Below the pieces are notes generated by a model. That model saw only the letters and a list, made by a program, of their open reading frames with translations, was not told where the DNA came from and did no database searches. The translations under genes and the position numbers were made by a program. Shown here in pieces: positions 11,061 to 24,143 of a stretch of DNA of 64,000 nt (position 1 is its first letter; each line of letters starts with the position of its first letter). The stretch is from Octopus sinensis (taxonomy: Eukaryota): contig NC_043001.1 in the NCBI RefSeq assembly GCF_006345805.1, forward strand, positions 81,654,001-81,718,000, given 5' to 3'.

Positions 11061-11436
11061 AATATATGTATGAATGTGCATGTGTATGTGTGTGTATGTG
11101 TCTGTATCCATCAATCTGGATAGGGTCACATCGTCCCGATCTGGTGCATTTACACCTATGTTCCTACAGTAGGAATGTTTCTCTAAGACTAAATGCAGTG
11201 AATGGCTTCATGTGTTCAAACAGGTCTTAAACATATTTGAACTGGTAACAAGTTTGTGTATGTGTGTGTGTATATATATACATATATATAACAAATATGA
11301 GGGGTTTACTTCACTTGTGATCTAAACAAACAGGTACTCTAAGTGCTATAGTTGGTCAATCATTAGATTCCAAGATCACAGCTAAGGCTAGATCTAGGGA
11401 TCTGTATTAAGATTCTGTTATAGCAGGTATATATAT

Positions 11437-11797
11437 TATTAGAGGAAAAATCAAAAACCAAGGCAGGACAAGTATCTCAACTCATTTAGAATAAATTTAA
11501 ATTAGAGTAAAGTGAATTTGAAGTCTTGCAGCCATTTCTGAGAAAACCCAAGTGGGCATTCATTCTTCAGAGACAAGGTATGAATATTTTATTCCTTGCA
11601 AACTGTAAATTTTCCCTGTCTAAAATATTCATACCTTGTCTCTAATGACAGAATGCCCAGTGTGTGGACATGCTAACCTACCACTTGGGTTATCCCAGAA
11701 ACGGCTGTAAGACTTCAAATTCACCTTACCCTAATTAAATTATTCTAAATGACTTTAGATACTCCTTCTGCCATGGTTTTTGATTTTTCCTCTAATA
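11437..11797. mobile_element. Foldback MITE with inverted arms of about 150 bp, in (TA)n
   Basis: TATTAGAGGAAAAATCAAAAACCA..GAGACAAGGTATGAATATTTT is mirrored by AAAATATTCATACCTTGTCTC..TGGTTTTTGATTTTTCCTCTAATA around a loop of about 30 bp. Confidence 0.85.
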
Positions 11798-11916
11798 TAT
11801 ATATATATATATATAGTGTGCTAAATTTTTTCTTGAGAACAATTCTTAGTGGTTGAGACCCTTGCGGAACTATCTTTAGCGTAAGAGCGTCCATATAGTG
11901 GATTCTCTCTCATATT

Positions 11917-11951
<35 letters not shown>

Positions 11952-12789
11952 CCTAGTATGGAAGGAAGATGTTAAACAATGATGATGATATATATAGTAC
12001 ACACAAACATAAATAAGGCACCCTTTAGATTGTCTCACCTTTAGTAAATGTGTCTCTTTTAAAGTTCACATCTGTAGAATTTATGACACACAGATGTTGA
12101 TGTGAAGGCTTTTACTACCATCAGATTTGTTTTCTGATCAACATCGACACCAGATGTAACAGCTCTTTTGCATTTTATCATCGCCGCCAGATGTAAATAT
12201 ATTATATATTTGGTTCCCTAAAACATAACATGTAACTTACTCACCAAACATCAAAACTAATTTTCTAAACCATTTGATGGATCAAGCAAATGAGAAACTG
12301 GTATTTCCATGTTTCTCAAATATTCTTTATTCCACATCCTGCTTCAATCCCCACCCCTTCGCTGCCAAACATCACTCTGACAAAATTTTTCATGTTTACC
12401 CTCAACCGATGTTGGGTTTGCCTCTAAGTTTTTTCATCCTCATAGAACTAAAGCTGTGCTAGAATAGAGAGGGAATATCACAGACGAGGTCATGAATGGT
12501 ATTCAAAGGAGACCAAGAAACCTAGCTGATGGATCGACTAACCAAACCATTAATCAAGTGATTGATGAATTAATTGGTTGAATGGTTAACCAATAAACCA
12601 ATGATAATAATAAGAAGAAGTGAAATCGAAACAGTGTGTGTGTTTATCATTAACATAATGACCCACTTGAAACACGGCAAAATATTTTGGCATGAACTCA
12701 GAAACTTCTCAACTTTGTTCATATATCACAGTGACCAGTGTCCATGTCACTAGGTACTAGATTATGAGACTCTTCAGTCTTGCTTGACC

Positions 12790-13030
12790 TACTAGAAACA
12801 GCAGCCAAATCTTCCACAAATCATTGTATACTACTTTAGAAAAAGACACATTGCTTAACTGGGGCTCTGCTTTCTTGCAGATAAGGAAAAGATATTGGAT
12901 AGCCATGTACAGAATTTGCCTGACCTACAAAAAACAACAGCCAAATATCCCTCGAGCTGCAGCCTGCCATCTTAGGAAAAAGGCACATTGCTTAATGGGG
13001 GATCTGGTTCCTTGCATATAGGGAAAATAC
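12790..13030. repeat. Tandem duplication with a unit of about 135 bp (two diverged copies)
   Basis: TGACCTAC..AAAC..CAGCCAAAT....GAAAAAG.CACATTGCTTAA.GGGG.TCTG occurs twice. Confidence 0.65.
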
Positions 13031-13837
13031 ATTGGATGGTCATATATGGAATGTCTACGAATATAGCATTGCTTGATCAGAATTGACCCGGGTGAAACAC
13101 CACCACTATCACCACCAACAACATTAATTAAGGGTCTAGAATGAGACAAGAAGTTAGGAAAGATTCATTTGAGTTGGGGGTCGGTACTTAAATGGAATGA
13201 AGATGGGGGTTGTAAGGAAAGGGAGTAGATTTTTAGAGTTACATCTGCCACCCCCTTATCTGTACCACCCACCAACTGCACTGAACTGTGAAATGAGATT
13301 GAAACCTTGCCTCACTAGGGGGGTGGTGTCACTTTTCCTTCTCTACACCCATTGCCCCCTCCCCCATGCCCAACATTATTTCCACAGACATTCCTTAAAT
13401 AAATGTTTACCAACTGGACCTCTGGTTCCTCCCCTTCACACACATACACATCTATATATATGTATGCACATAATAGAGTTAGCATCCTTAAGGGACACCA
13501 AAGAGGAACCGGGAGTGTGTGTACGTGTGCATGGAGGAGGAGGAAGGTATGATGATGATGATGATGATGGCAATGAGAGTTAATGAAGATGAGAGATGAC
13601 AGGTTCGAGAAAGGGGCAGATGAGCTGGATGGGGAAAGTGGGAAAAGATGGGGGATGGTGTGAAAAAAAAAAACTGAGGAGAAAGAGAGAGTGGGAGACT
13701 GAGGGGGGAAGAGAGATATTAGGTAGAAGGTGAGGAAAAGAGAAAAGGTACAGAAAAATTGAATTATAGTGTTCTATGTGTGTGTGTATGTGTTTGTGTG
13801 GTGTGTGTGTGTGTGTGTGTAAAGATATATGTGTGTG

Positions 13838-13985
13838 TGGCCTAGTGGTTAGGGAGCTGGATTTACAATTGCTAGATCGTGGGTTTGATTCCCAGACTGG
13901 GCAGAACGTCGTGTTTTCGAGCAAAACACTTCATTTCACACTGCTCGACGACATCCGACGTGTGGCACATTTGTGCCACTGTACA
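13838..13985 (+). mobile_element. S4 tRNA-headed SINE; other copies at about 29272-29620(-), 51000-51310(-), 55112-55332(-), 58912-59226(+)
   Basis: A box TGGCCTAGTGG, B-box-like GGTTTGATTCC, then GAGCAAAACACTTCATTTCAC shared among copies. Confidence 0.7.
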
Positions 13986-14626
13986 AGCTATGGCAATTTG
14001 CTGGAGGGAGTGAGCTGATGCAAATAGAAACAGTTCATCACTGTAAACGAATCATCTACAAATTGCAGAATTCTCGAACCCGACAAACACAGGCTAGCTG
14101 TCGAAATATCGTTCAACCAATTAAATAGCTATTGCAATCGCATCATTCTCTTCATACTGTCTAATAATAATAATAATAATAATAATAATTCTGAGACCAC
14201 CATCGGTCATGACACTGACCATGGGATTGCACCTAGAAAGTTATCCCCCCACCAGGTACAAGTCCGGCAAGGTTGTTTATGGAAGACCAGCAGTCGCCTA
14301 TGCATACTGGCCTCCCCTCTCCACGCCACCAGTGTTATCCAAGGGAAAAGCAAGGGCTGATACAGCTTGGCACCTGTGACGTCGCAACTCAAGCAAGAAG
14401 TAGTGGGGGAGCACCATAGCCATGTATTGAGAGGAATTCTTTCAGGTTTGGATAATTCACTTCTGGAAACATGGGGGTTTCATTCAACATCCTTAAACAG
14501 CCCTTATTAAAGGACCATTTGAACAGGATGGGCTACTCGACCCAAAGAAAATTCTAACTGGGCTCCACCTGCAAGGTCATAATGGATATACTGGGTATGC
14601 ACTACTATCTCACACAATTAAAATAA

Positions 14627-14828
14627 TGGTTTCAAATTTTGGCACAAAGCCAGCAATTTCGGGGTAGGGGGAGGAGTCGAACATGTCAATCTCAGTATTC
14701 AACTGATCCAGAAAGGACGAAAGGCAAAATCAGTATTGGCGGAATATGAACTCAGAACAAAAAGACGGACAAAATGTCACTAATCACTTTGTCTGTTGTG
14801 TTGACAATTCTACCAGCTTGCCGCCTTA
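14627..14828 (-). mobile_element. S1 SINE with GAAACC-type tail
   Basis: GGTTTCAAATTTTGGCACAAAGCC tail, S1 core, AAT/GAT repeats on both sides. Confidence 0.7.
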
Positions 14829-15711
14829 ATAACGATGATGATGATGATAATGGTTTCAAATTTTGCCGAAAGGCAGCCATTAATTTTCTAGGTTTTCAAA
14901 TCTTTCTCAACTGATCAATGGGCTGATTGAGCAAACCTATCAATAATGAACCTATAATGACAACTGGAAACAGCTGTAAGACAAGTTTACTACAAGAAAA
15001 ACTATGTAATGATCATTATTTATGCCTTGTCTTGTGTGTGTGTGTGCGTATGTATGTATATATATATATAAAAACGTGTGTGTGTGTGTGCACACGTGCA
15101 CGTATGTATGTATTCATCTATGTACACACAAACACCAACTTTGTAAATGCTTAAAATACCTTAAAACACTTGAAGAGTACCCAGTACACATGGAAGGGGT
15201 TACCTCACTACAGCACCAAAGCAGGCGACTTAGGTGGGTCTGCACTAGTCTCTAGTAAACCACCTTACTGTATTAGAGAAACATTTACTGCTACTACAAA
15301 TAAACATGCTTATCAATAGACCGTATACCCTGGTTTTAACTTGGGTCATAACACCTGTTGTCAGACCATGTACCCTTCCATCCTAGGTGATAACACCTGT
15401 TTTATCATACACTCTCCAGCTAATCAACTCTTTGTTATCAAATACTTTTATCTGTTATTCAATATGTACACACGTGTACACACACAGATACATACAAACA
15501 CGTGACAATGATACAAAACAACAACAGTGACACATTTAATCTTGAACTCATATTACTGCACTTAAAACAAACCTGATAATAAAGGTTTTGTTTTGCCTTT
15601 TGATTGTCCTGTATGTCACAGGTAATACCTGTCTTGCATGACACATGTAATATGCAAGACATTACCCTGGCAGTCATGACATACATTCCCAATTTTTTTC
15701 CAACACTAGAG

Positions 15712-16210
15712 CAGGGGTTCCCAACCATTGTTTATTTATGGATTCCTTCGATTATTATTTTATTCTGGTGGACCCCCCCCCCATAGCCATTCAATATTTT
15801 AAAAAATACTTTCACACATTAACGTGTGTTTGTTGTATTATGTAAAATTTTAGAGAAAAAAAAATCCAAGCTGCTTTTTGCAATACATACCAATATATAC
15901 ATCATCATCATCATTTAGCGTCTGTTTTCCATGCTGGCATGGGTTAGACGGTTTGACTGAAAACTGGTAAGTGAGAGAGCTGCGCCAGGTTCCACTCTGA
16001 TTTGGCATGGTTTCTACAGCTGGATGCCCTTCCTAGCGCCAACCACTCCAAGAGCATAATGGGTACTTTTTACATGCTGCTGTCATGGGCGTCAGTTATG
16101 TGAAACCAGTACTGGCTACAACAATGATTTCTCTTGGCAGGGTCCCTTAAGATAATGTTTTGTTGCAAGGACCCCAAAAATCTAATATGGACTCTGGTTG
16201 AGAACCACTA
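15712..16210. mobile_element. hAT (Charlie/Buster-like) MITE with a nested RTE 3' fragment (about 15900-16140)
   Basis: 8-bp TSD CACTAGAG (15704-15711, 16211-16218). TIRs CAGGGGTTCCCAACC / GGTTGAGAACCACTA, 12 of 15 matching. Confidence 0.85.
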
Positions 16211-16727
16211 CACTAGAGTAACTTGGGACTTGTGTAAGGAAAGCTTTACATTACTCAGAGCGGATGAAACAAGGGTTAACTAAAAGTCTGAAAACAAGCG
16301 TGGATATTTAGAACAAATTTATGAAAATTCTTTGGACAAGCAAAGGGTTAAGTTAATTGCGATTGAGAAAGGGCAGAGCCTATGATACATAAAGGGACTC
16401 GCACACTGATATGACTGACATAATGTATGTCCAACAGGTTAATGCCTCAAGAGGAGTGCTTAGGCCTGGTTCTAATTTTAATGCAGGCAATAGAGTGAAC
16501 CCTACAAAAGGCACACAGGCACCAGGTGCTTCTGTTTAACCAGATGACATGTTAAATCAACTAAATTAAACACACCCAAGGACTAGTAGCTGATATTACA
16601 AAGTGCAGCTGGTTAGGCAAACCACCCAAGTTAAAAGCACTTAAAGACCAGGTGTCGCTATTACAAGCGGGAGGAGGTTAACTGTCTAAAGACAGTTTCT
16701 CCATTCCAAAAAGCAACGGAAGGAAGG

Positions 16728-16771
<44 letters not shown>

Positions 16772-17165
16772 ATCCATGTGTTTGTCCCCTACCCACTACT
16801 TGACAACCGGTGCTGGTTTGTTTATATCCTCATCCTCATAACTCAGTGGTTCAACAATAGAGGCTTATAGAAAAAGTACCAGACTTAAAAAAACATGTTT
16901 GATTTGATTTGTTCAACTAAACATTTCAAGGCAGTGCCCCAGCATGACCACATTCCAATGAATAAAACAAGCAAAAGATAAAAGATATCTAAGGCCTTCC
17001 CAAGAACCCAAGTTTGTCTAATCCATTAGCATTTAAACTGGTCATATCTGGCCTAAATATTCCACCTGTTCAAACTAACCAGATCTAATTTCACCCACCT
17101 ACCTTACTATGTCATTCTAAAAAATAAACTATCACATCTTTAAAATACTGGAGATATGCAATAAT

Positions 17166-17415
17166 TTATTTATGCACCCTTTTCAAGCCTAGCCAGGCTC
17201 ATAGGCCTGGTTTCTGTGGCATATGTGTTCCCGCCAGCTGGACAGGATGCCGGTCCATCGCAGTGTTACTCAAGAAATAGGAAGAAAGAGTGAGAGAAAG
17301 TTGGGGTGAAAGAGTACAACAGGGGTCGACACCACTCCCTGCCAGAGCCTCGTGGAGCTCAATAAACACACATAACGCCCGGTTTGGGAATTGAAACTGT
17401 GAATCTCTGACCGCA
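17166..17415 (-). mobile_element. 5'-truncated retroposon nested in a degenerate piggyBac-like MITE (about 17030-17503)
   Basis: 14-bp TSD AGATATGCAATAAT (17152-17165, 17416-17429). The host ends in AATACTAAAGGGTTTA. Confidence 0.7.
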
Positions 17416-18056
17416 AGATATGCAATAATGCATGATTAAATTCAAAACAGTGTTTGTAAATATACATTACATTCGACAGAGAAATCTGAATACTAAAGGG
17501 TTTAAAGACCAAGTAACGCTGCCAAACTGAGAAGCAGATTAAACCTATAAACCATTTCGAAAGAACCAAGAAATCAGGTGCTGGTGTCCAACAAGGTGAT
17601 TTGCTAAACCTACCACTTATTTGATGCGTCACAAGTGCAAAAAGGTTTTATTTTCATCTATTGTATATACTCACAGATAGGTTGCACCAGTGGATAAGCC
17701 ACATCCTTAGTTTGGGATTGTCAAAGTAGGTATTTGTAGTTGACTCACAGATAGGTCACACTATAACCTGAGGAGTTACATGGCCCTTTTTTAATGTAAA
17801 TATAACTAATATTTGTTAAATACTATCAAATATTCACCTTTATTTCAAAATTTTGCTTACAAACATTAAAATATTTTTGTGGAAGTGCCTACACAAAAGT
17901 AGTCTAATTGATAAATCAACTTGACTACTGATACACCGCCATCTATTTCAGATCCCTGTGATGTAGAGTGGATAGGTTGCACCACTGATTTTTATCAAAG
18001 TATTTGGTAAAAATGTGCGACCTACCCTCAAGTATACATAGTAAGATGCTCTAGAC

Positions 18057-18330
18057 CAGAGCTGGCCAACCTGAAGCCTGCTTGATACTTTCTTGAAGTG
18101 GGTTCATTTAAACAAACATTTAAAAAATTTTATCAAAAATTAAAGATGGTAATGATAAATGAAAAAGAAAGACACTACTGTTTTTGCAATGATAATATTT
18201 CATCTTCAATCAACGATCGTTCATTCGTTATTGTAATAATAGCATGACAAAGCAAAATGTTTTCAATTCTGTCAGTATACTTTCTGTGATTGAAAGTGGC
18301 CCGCAATGTAATTTGAGTTAGCCAAGCCTG
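18057..18330. mobile_element. hAT (Charlie-like) MITE
   Basis: 8-bp TSD CTCTAGAC (18049-18056, 18331-18338). Imperfect TIRs CAGAGCTGGCCAAC / GTTAGCCAAGCCTG. Confidence 0.8.
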
Positions 18331-18675
18331 CTCTAGACAGATAAAAAGAATTGTCTATTACCCACCTGTAGCTTCTAATTTACCAATAAATCAAATGTTA
18401 CAATATGTGACTTGTTGACGGTGCAAGCATAGGTGTGTGGATAAGAAGCTTGCAGTGCAACCACACAGTTTTAGGTTCAGTTTAAACCACAATCTTACGA
18501 TCATGAGTCCAACATGCTAACCACTAAGCGACATGCCTCTACTCACTAGAGTGGTGACCTCATTTGAAAGCTAAAACGATGCAAAGCACATTGTGACCAG
18601 CAATGCGTAACAACATCTGATAGTCTGGTTGATCACATGGTATATAGTCAGGTCATTGCCATCTTCATCATTTAA

Positions 18676-18878
18676 CCCTTTTGTTACTGTATTTTGAGAT
18701 GCTCTGTGTTTCTTACAATTGATTTTAAATATAACAAAGAATTTAGTAAAATAACTTAGTTATCATTAAGCTAGTGTTAGGAACATAAATTGTGACTAAT
18801 GTTTGGTGGAAGATTTCAATTCGAACCTTATGAAAACAAGGCATTTGTACTCAGAACCAGAGCATGGTAACAAAAGGG
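18676..18878. mobile_element. piggyBac-type MITE (same family as 9643-9862)
   Basis: TTAA TSD and TIRs CCCTTTTGTTAC / GTAACAAAAGGG. Confidence 0.85.
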
Positions 18879-19312
18879 TTAATAACGATTCTCTATGTTG
18901 GCATGTGTTGGACAGTTTGACAGGAACTGGAAAGCCAGAAGGTTGCACTAGGGCTTCACTGTCTGATTTGGCATGATTTTCTACGGCTGGATGCCCTTCC
19001 TAATGCCAACAACCGACCTCTTTACCGAGTATATGAATGTCCTTCATTGTTGGTCTGCTCTATTAAGGATTACCTAAGATTAAACGGCAACAAAAACAAC
19101 AGAAAGATTATTATATCATGCAAAAGCACAACTATAGTAACCACTCAAAAATTAGGGTCCTTTTTTTTTTGTCAGATTCAAACAAAATATGACTGATTTT
19201 TCTGCTCAGATTGAAACTCTAGGCTTTGATTCATGAACACACACACACCCCACACAGCATACATTGCATGCCACAGAGCATACCCACCCTAACTAGGCAT
19301 AACAAACCTTAG

Positions 19313-19446
19313 GTGTGGGAGTGGCTGTGTGGTAAGTAGCTTGCTTACGAACCACATGGTTCCGGGTTCAGTCTCACTGCATGGCACCTTGGGCAAAGCC
19401 TTGTGAGTGGATTTGGTAGACGGAAACTGAAAGAAGCCCATCATAT

Positions 19447-19488
<42 letters not shown>

Positions 19489-19712
19489 ATATATACATAC
19501 ATGTGTATATGATTGTGTGTCTGTGTTTGCCCCCCCCAGCATGGCTTGACAACCGATGCTGGTGTGTTTACGTCCCCGTAACTTAGTGGTTCAGCAAAAG
19601 AGTATGATAGAATAAGTACTAGGCTTACAAAGAATAAGTCCTGGGGTTGATTTGCTCGACTAAAGGCGGTGCTCCAGCATGGCCACAGTCAAATGACTGA
19701 AACAAGTAAAAG
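19313..19712 (+). mobile_element. S2 SINE, near full length
   Basis: Head GGAGTGGCTGTGTGGTAAGTAGCTTGC through tail GAAACAAGTAAAAGAG. Confidence 0.85.
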
Positions 19713-20295
19713 AGTACAGCTCATACTACAGCACACAAAATATATAGCATGTATACAGAGAAGAACTATATATACGTGTGTGTGTGTGTGTGTGTGTGTA
19801 TACATAACAACCATGTTGTGTGTATGCATATACATGTTGCAAGACAGCACGATATACAAGAGTAAGAGAAGAAGCATGCCTGCATGTATATGAAAGGGGT
19901 GGTGGCCGGGTGGCTGGCTGGCTAATTAGCATTCATTGTCTATATAACAAAAGTGAGAGGGAAGGGGACGGGGGATGCAACTGTCTGATTCATCTTCCAC
20001 CTCTCTGTGGAATGTGTGCGGTGCAGGTAGAATCAGTTGAGTGGGTGGATGTACGTCTAGAGATAGTGGGAGCTGGGGGAGGAGGGGGCTTGGGCAGAGA
20101 AGGAGAGAGAGGGGGGGAGAGACAGAGAGAGGGGGGCAGGGGTGCACGAACAACACATCAAGCAGGTAGTAAACAGAGGCAGTGGAACTACAAAAATAAA
20201 CTGGACCAGCTAGTTGTAGAAATATGCTATATCAGCCAAGCAATACACTTCATACACGTGTGCATGTGCGAGTACATATGCGTGTGTGTCTTCTA

Positions 20296-20332
<37 letters not shown>

Positions 20333-20489
20333 CATGTGTCTTCTAGAATATAAATATATATAAGTGCAGGTCTTCTAGAAAAAAAATATATATTACATTT
20401 ATCTCTCTCTCTCTATATATATATATATCTATATCTTTGTCTACATATATTTCTCTCCCTCTCTCTCTCCATATATATATGTATATATA

Positions 20490-20695
20490 TGTGACCGCGT
20501 GTGTACCGTTGGCGATTTTTTCTCTCTGTCTTCCCTTCTCTGGATCTTTCCTTCTCCTATGTTTCCGACGAAGAGCTCCGCTCGAAACGTTAAACCCTCC
20601 TTCTTTCCTGAGCGTCCAATAATACTATATTTGTTCCACGTCCTTGCGTTGTCGTGTTTTCTCTTTGTGTTTTCATGCTTGGATTAACTTTATAT
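20490..20695 (+). mobile_element. Penelope-like terminal repeat in (TA)n
   Basis: Pyrimidine-rich segment containing CCGACGAAGAGCTCCGCTCGAAACGTT, with TA-repeat flanks. A decayed relative lies at about 2020-2200. Confidence 0.55.
20561..20595 (+). ncRNA. Minimal hammerhead-ribozyme-like motif
   Basis: GTTT-CCGACGA-A-GAGC(TCC)GCTC-GAAA-CGTT-AAAC: stem I GTTT/AAAC, core C(C)GANGA, stem II GAGC/GCTC, GAAA box, palindromic AACGTT helix III. Confidence 0.45.
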
Positions 20696-20719
20696 ATATA
20701 TACATACATAAAAAAACAT

Positions 20720-21012
20720 TCAAGTGAGGTCATTGCCAGTGTTGCTGGACTGGCTCCTGTGCAGGTGGCACATAAAAAACACCATTTGAGCGTGGCTGCT
20801 GCCGGTACCGCCTGACTGGCGCTCGTGCCAGTGGCACGTAAAAGCATCAACTACACTCTCGGAGTGGTCAGCGTTAGGAAGGGCATCCAGCTGTAGAAAT
20901 TTGTCCAGATCAAGATTGAAGCCTGGTGCAGCCATCTGGTTCGCCAGTCCTCAGTCAAATCGTCCAACCCATGCTAGCATGGAAAGCGTACGTTAAACGA
21001 TGATGATGATGA
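20720..21012 (+). mobile_element. RTE-LINE 3' UTR fragment with (ATG)n tail; family also at about 27990-28215, 35080-35420, 35445-35590, 35660-35850, 41390-41530, 41935-42100, 45945-46110, 49410-49690, 50110-50290
   Basis: Shared TTAGGAAGGGCATCCAGCTGTAGAAA..CCAACCCATGCTAGCATGGAAA..CGTTAAACGATGATGATG. The longest copy (61660-61946) is preceded by an RTE ORF C-terminus. Confidence 0.7.
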
Positions 21013-21039
21013 TCTTTATATAAATATTCTTTTATTCTT

Positions 21040-21254
21040 TTACTTGCTTCAGTCACTTGAGTGTAGCTATGATGGAGAATGACCTTAAAGGGTTTTAGCT
21101 GAAGAGATCAACCCCAGGGCTTATTATTTGTAAGCCTAGTACTTATTCTATCAGTCCCTTTTGCCGAACCACTAGATTACAGGGACATAAACACACCAGC
21201 GTCAGTTGTCAAGTGATGGCAGGGGTACAAACACAAAGACACACACACATAAAC

Positions 21255-21322
<68 letters not shown>

Positions 21323-21488
21323 CGGGCTTCTTTCAGTTTCCATCTACCAAAACCATTTACAAAGCTTTGATCAGCCCAAGGCAATAGCAGAAAAAAAGAC
21401 ACATGGCTAAGGTGCCATGCAGTGGAACTGTACTCGGGACCATGTGGTTGGAAAGCCAGCTTCTTACCACACAGCCACACCTGTACCT
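21040..21488 (-). mobile_element. S2 SINE with a long internal (TA)n
   Basis: Reverse-complement S2 head and tail. Confidence 0.8.
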
Positions 21489-21867
21489 TAATATATCTAT
21501 ATATTTTTATTACCTAAACATTACACACACACACACTATCAAGACCTCCGAGTAGAAAATACAAGTAAAGTGATTCGATCCGAGACAAAGTTATGAAATC
21601 TATAATTGTTGAGTCATGGTAGAGTCATATAAGTTCCTTTCAAATACACAAACACTAAAGCTCGCTTGTTTTATTATCTTTTTATGATACATGCACACAT
21701 ACAAAGGATCAATATAATCGGTTATTAGAGACTCCATATACTTATTGCCATACACAGTATTACTAAGCTATGGCAGCGAGGTGGTATGAATTCATTGCTG
21801 TTCCGTGGCCTGGAATCTTATATATACCAGGTGTTGATAAAAGAGTTGTAATATTAATTAATAAGTG

Positions 21868-22313
21868 AAGGTGGCAATCTGGCAGAATCGTTAGCAAGCA
21901 GGGCAGAATACTTAGAGGCATTTATGTTCTGAGTTCAAATTCCGCCGAGGTCGACTTTGCCTTTCATCCATTCAGGGTCGATAAATTAAGTACCAGTTGC
22001 ATACTGAGGTTGATCTAATCGACTGGGCTCTTCTTGTAAAATTTCAAGCCCTGTGCCTTTTTTAGAAAGGATTATTATTATTATTATTAAGGTGTCGAGC
22101 TGGCAGAATTGTTACCATGCTGGCAAAAAATGCTTAGCAGCAGTTTGACCATCTTTATGCTCAGAGTTCAAATTCTGCCCAAGTCAACATTGGCTTTCAT
22201 CCTTTTGAGGAGCAATAAAATAAATACCAGTTGAGCACTGGGGTCAGCATAATTGATTTACCCTCTCTCCACCACAAATAATTGCTGGCCTTGTGCCAAA
22301 ATTTGAAACCAAT
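21868..22313 (+). mobile_element. Two tandem S1 SINEs joined by (ATT)6
   Basis: A-box-like TGGCAGAATCG (21880), B-box-like GAGTTCAAAT (21931-21940), tail TAGAAAGG(ATT)6 at 22071-22088, second head AAGGTGTCGAGCTGG at 22089. Confidence 0.8.
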
Positions 22314-22602
22314 ATTAATGAATGAATGAATAACAAGAGAACAAGTTACGTAATCACATTCATTGGCTTATAAGTGTTTTGGTTAAAATAAACTGTGCAG
22401 TCAGAGTGGGTGCCAGTGCAACTTCTTATCGATTCATCAGAATATGTAACTTCTTTTCTTTCGTTATTAATTTATTAATTGATATTATTACACTCAGCAA
22501 GCAACAATGCTGTGATATTTCCACCAAGGTATATTAATAACAATAATGAGTGATGAATATATCAGCCGAAATAGAGGATGGTTAATAATAATGATAATAA
22601 TT

Positions 22603-22822
22603 ATTCTTTCTATTATAGACACAAGGCCTCAAATTTGGAGGGGAGGGGAACTAGTCAATTATATCACCCCTAGTGTTTCACTCATACTTAATTTATCGAT
22701 CCCCCAAAAAGATGAAAGGCAAAGTCGACTGCAGTGGAATTTGAACCCAGAATATAAAATCGGAGAACTTGTCGTTAAGCATTTTGCCTGGCATGCTAGC
22801 AATTCTGCCAGCTTGCCGCCTT
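22603..22822 (-). mobile_element. S1b SINE flanked by (AAT)n on both sides
   Basis: AAT repeats at about 22586-22600 and 22823-22845. Confidence 0.75.
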
Positions 22823-23715
22823 AATAATAATAATAATAATAATAAACTTATTACACATAGAGTGCTCATGTGCAATACAACCCACCAGAAAAAGTATTAA
22901 AGAAGGGACAGAAAGCATAGCAGCTCTGAGAAAAGAAAGACAGCAATGATAGCTAAAAATGCATGCACATTATGGTACACAGAATAAAACAGAAAAAAAG
23001 ACAGAAAAGGAAGAGTGAAAGAGTAATAAAGAAGAAAGGGTACAGAGAAGCGTTGGCGAATTTTGGAAAGCATGGAATTTTTAAAGGATGCAGTGTCCTG
23101 ACAGCTCACAACTCATGTGGATAGTATATTCCATTCCGTAAATATACATGTCATAACAGCTGTGTAGTATCACTATAAGATGTGATATTTAATTGTACTT
23201 TTATAACCCACTATCCCACAGCTCACACACATACATACATGTCAGCTTCTGTACAACAACCATCATGAGATAAGAGTGCCCGGCTCCCTCACTCTATGTG
23301 GTCACACGAAATGCTAGAAACAGCAGTCTGATCTCCCTTATATCACACCCTACTGTTTTACGTAAGAAAACAATATTCTGATAATGTAATTGTTTTTTTT
23401 ACATAAACCCTACTCCCCGTGAAGAAGCAATAAGACAGCACAGTTACAACTGGAACATTTTGATTATGGATCTGACCAGAAGCTAAACAACAACAGCTAT
23501 ATTGGTTTCATAACATGGTGTAGAAAGCAGTGGCAATATGGTAGCAGTAGTAATAGCAGCAGTAGTAGTAGTAGCAAGGAATTTGCAGCTGCAGTTGCAG
23601 CAGATGTTGTTTAATGCATGCCATCCCTAATCATGCAGAATTACGATCAAAGCCATTCTGCCTGTTACCATCACATCTGTACATCTGTTCATCTCTCTCT
23701 GTATATATATGTATG

Positions 23716-23768
<53 letters not shown>

Positions 23769-23964
23769 GCTAGCCAAAAATGGCTCTGATGAAAGTAACG
23801 TTAATTTTCTTAGGTCATTCACTTTTTCTCAATTGATCAATAAACCAGTTGAGTAACACTATCAGTAATGCACCTATAATGACTACTGGAAACAGCTGTA
23901 AGCCACATTTGCTCCAATAAAGAAATAATATGTAATGATTATTATTTTAAACTTGTTTATGTAT

Positions 23965-23999
<35 letters not shown>

Positions 24000-24081
24000 C
24001 ATACATATACACATACATATATCTACATACACATATATCTACACATACATATATATACATACACATATATCTACACATATT

Positions 24082-24143
<62 letters not shown>

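Noticed and set aside
13838-13910. tRNA-like sequences with A and B boxes
   Set aside because: They are SINE heads followed by family body sequence. No complete cloverleaf could be drawn.
16430-16540. Plus-strand open stretch VNASRGVLRPGSNFNAGNRVNPTKG
   Set aside because: Weak acceptor, no partner exons on plus, and no known motif.
22890-22935. Minus-strand exon candidate SCYAFCPFFNTFS
   Set aside because: It lies in a pyrimidine-rich low-complexity tract where AG acceptors arise by chance, and the donor is mediocre.
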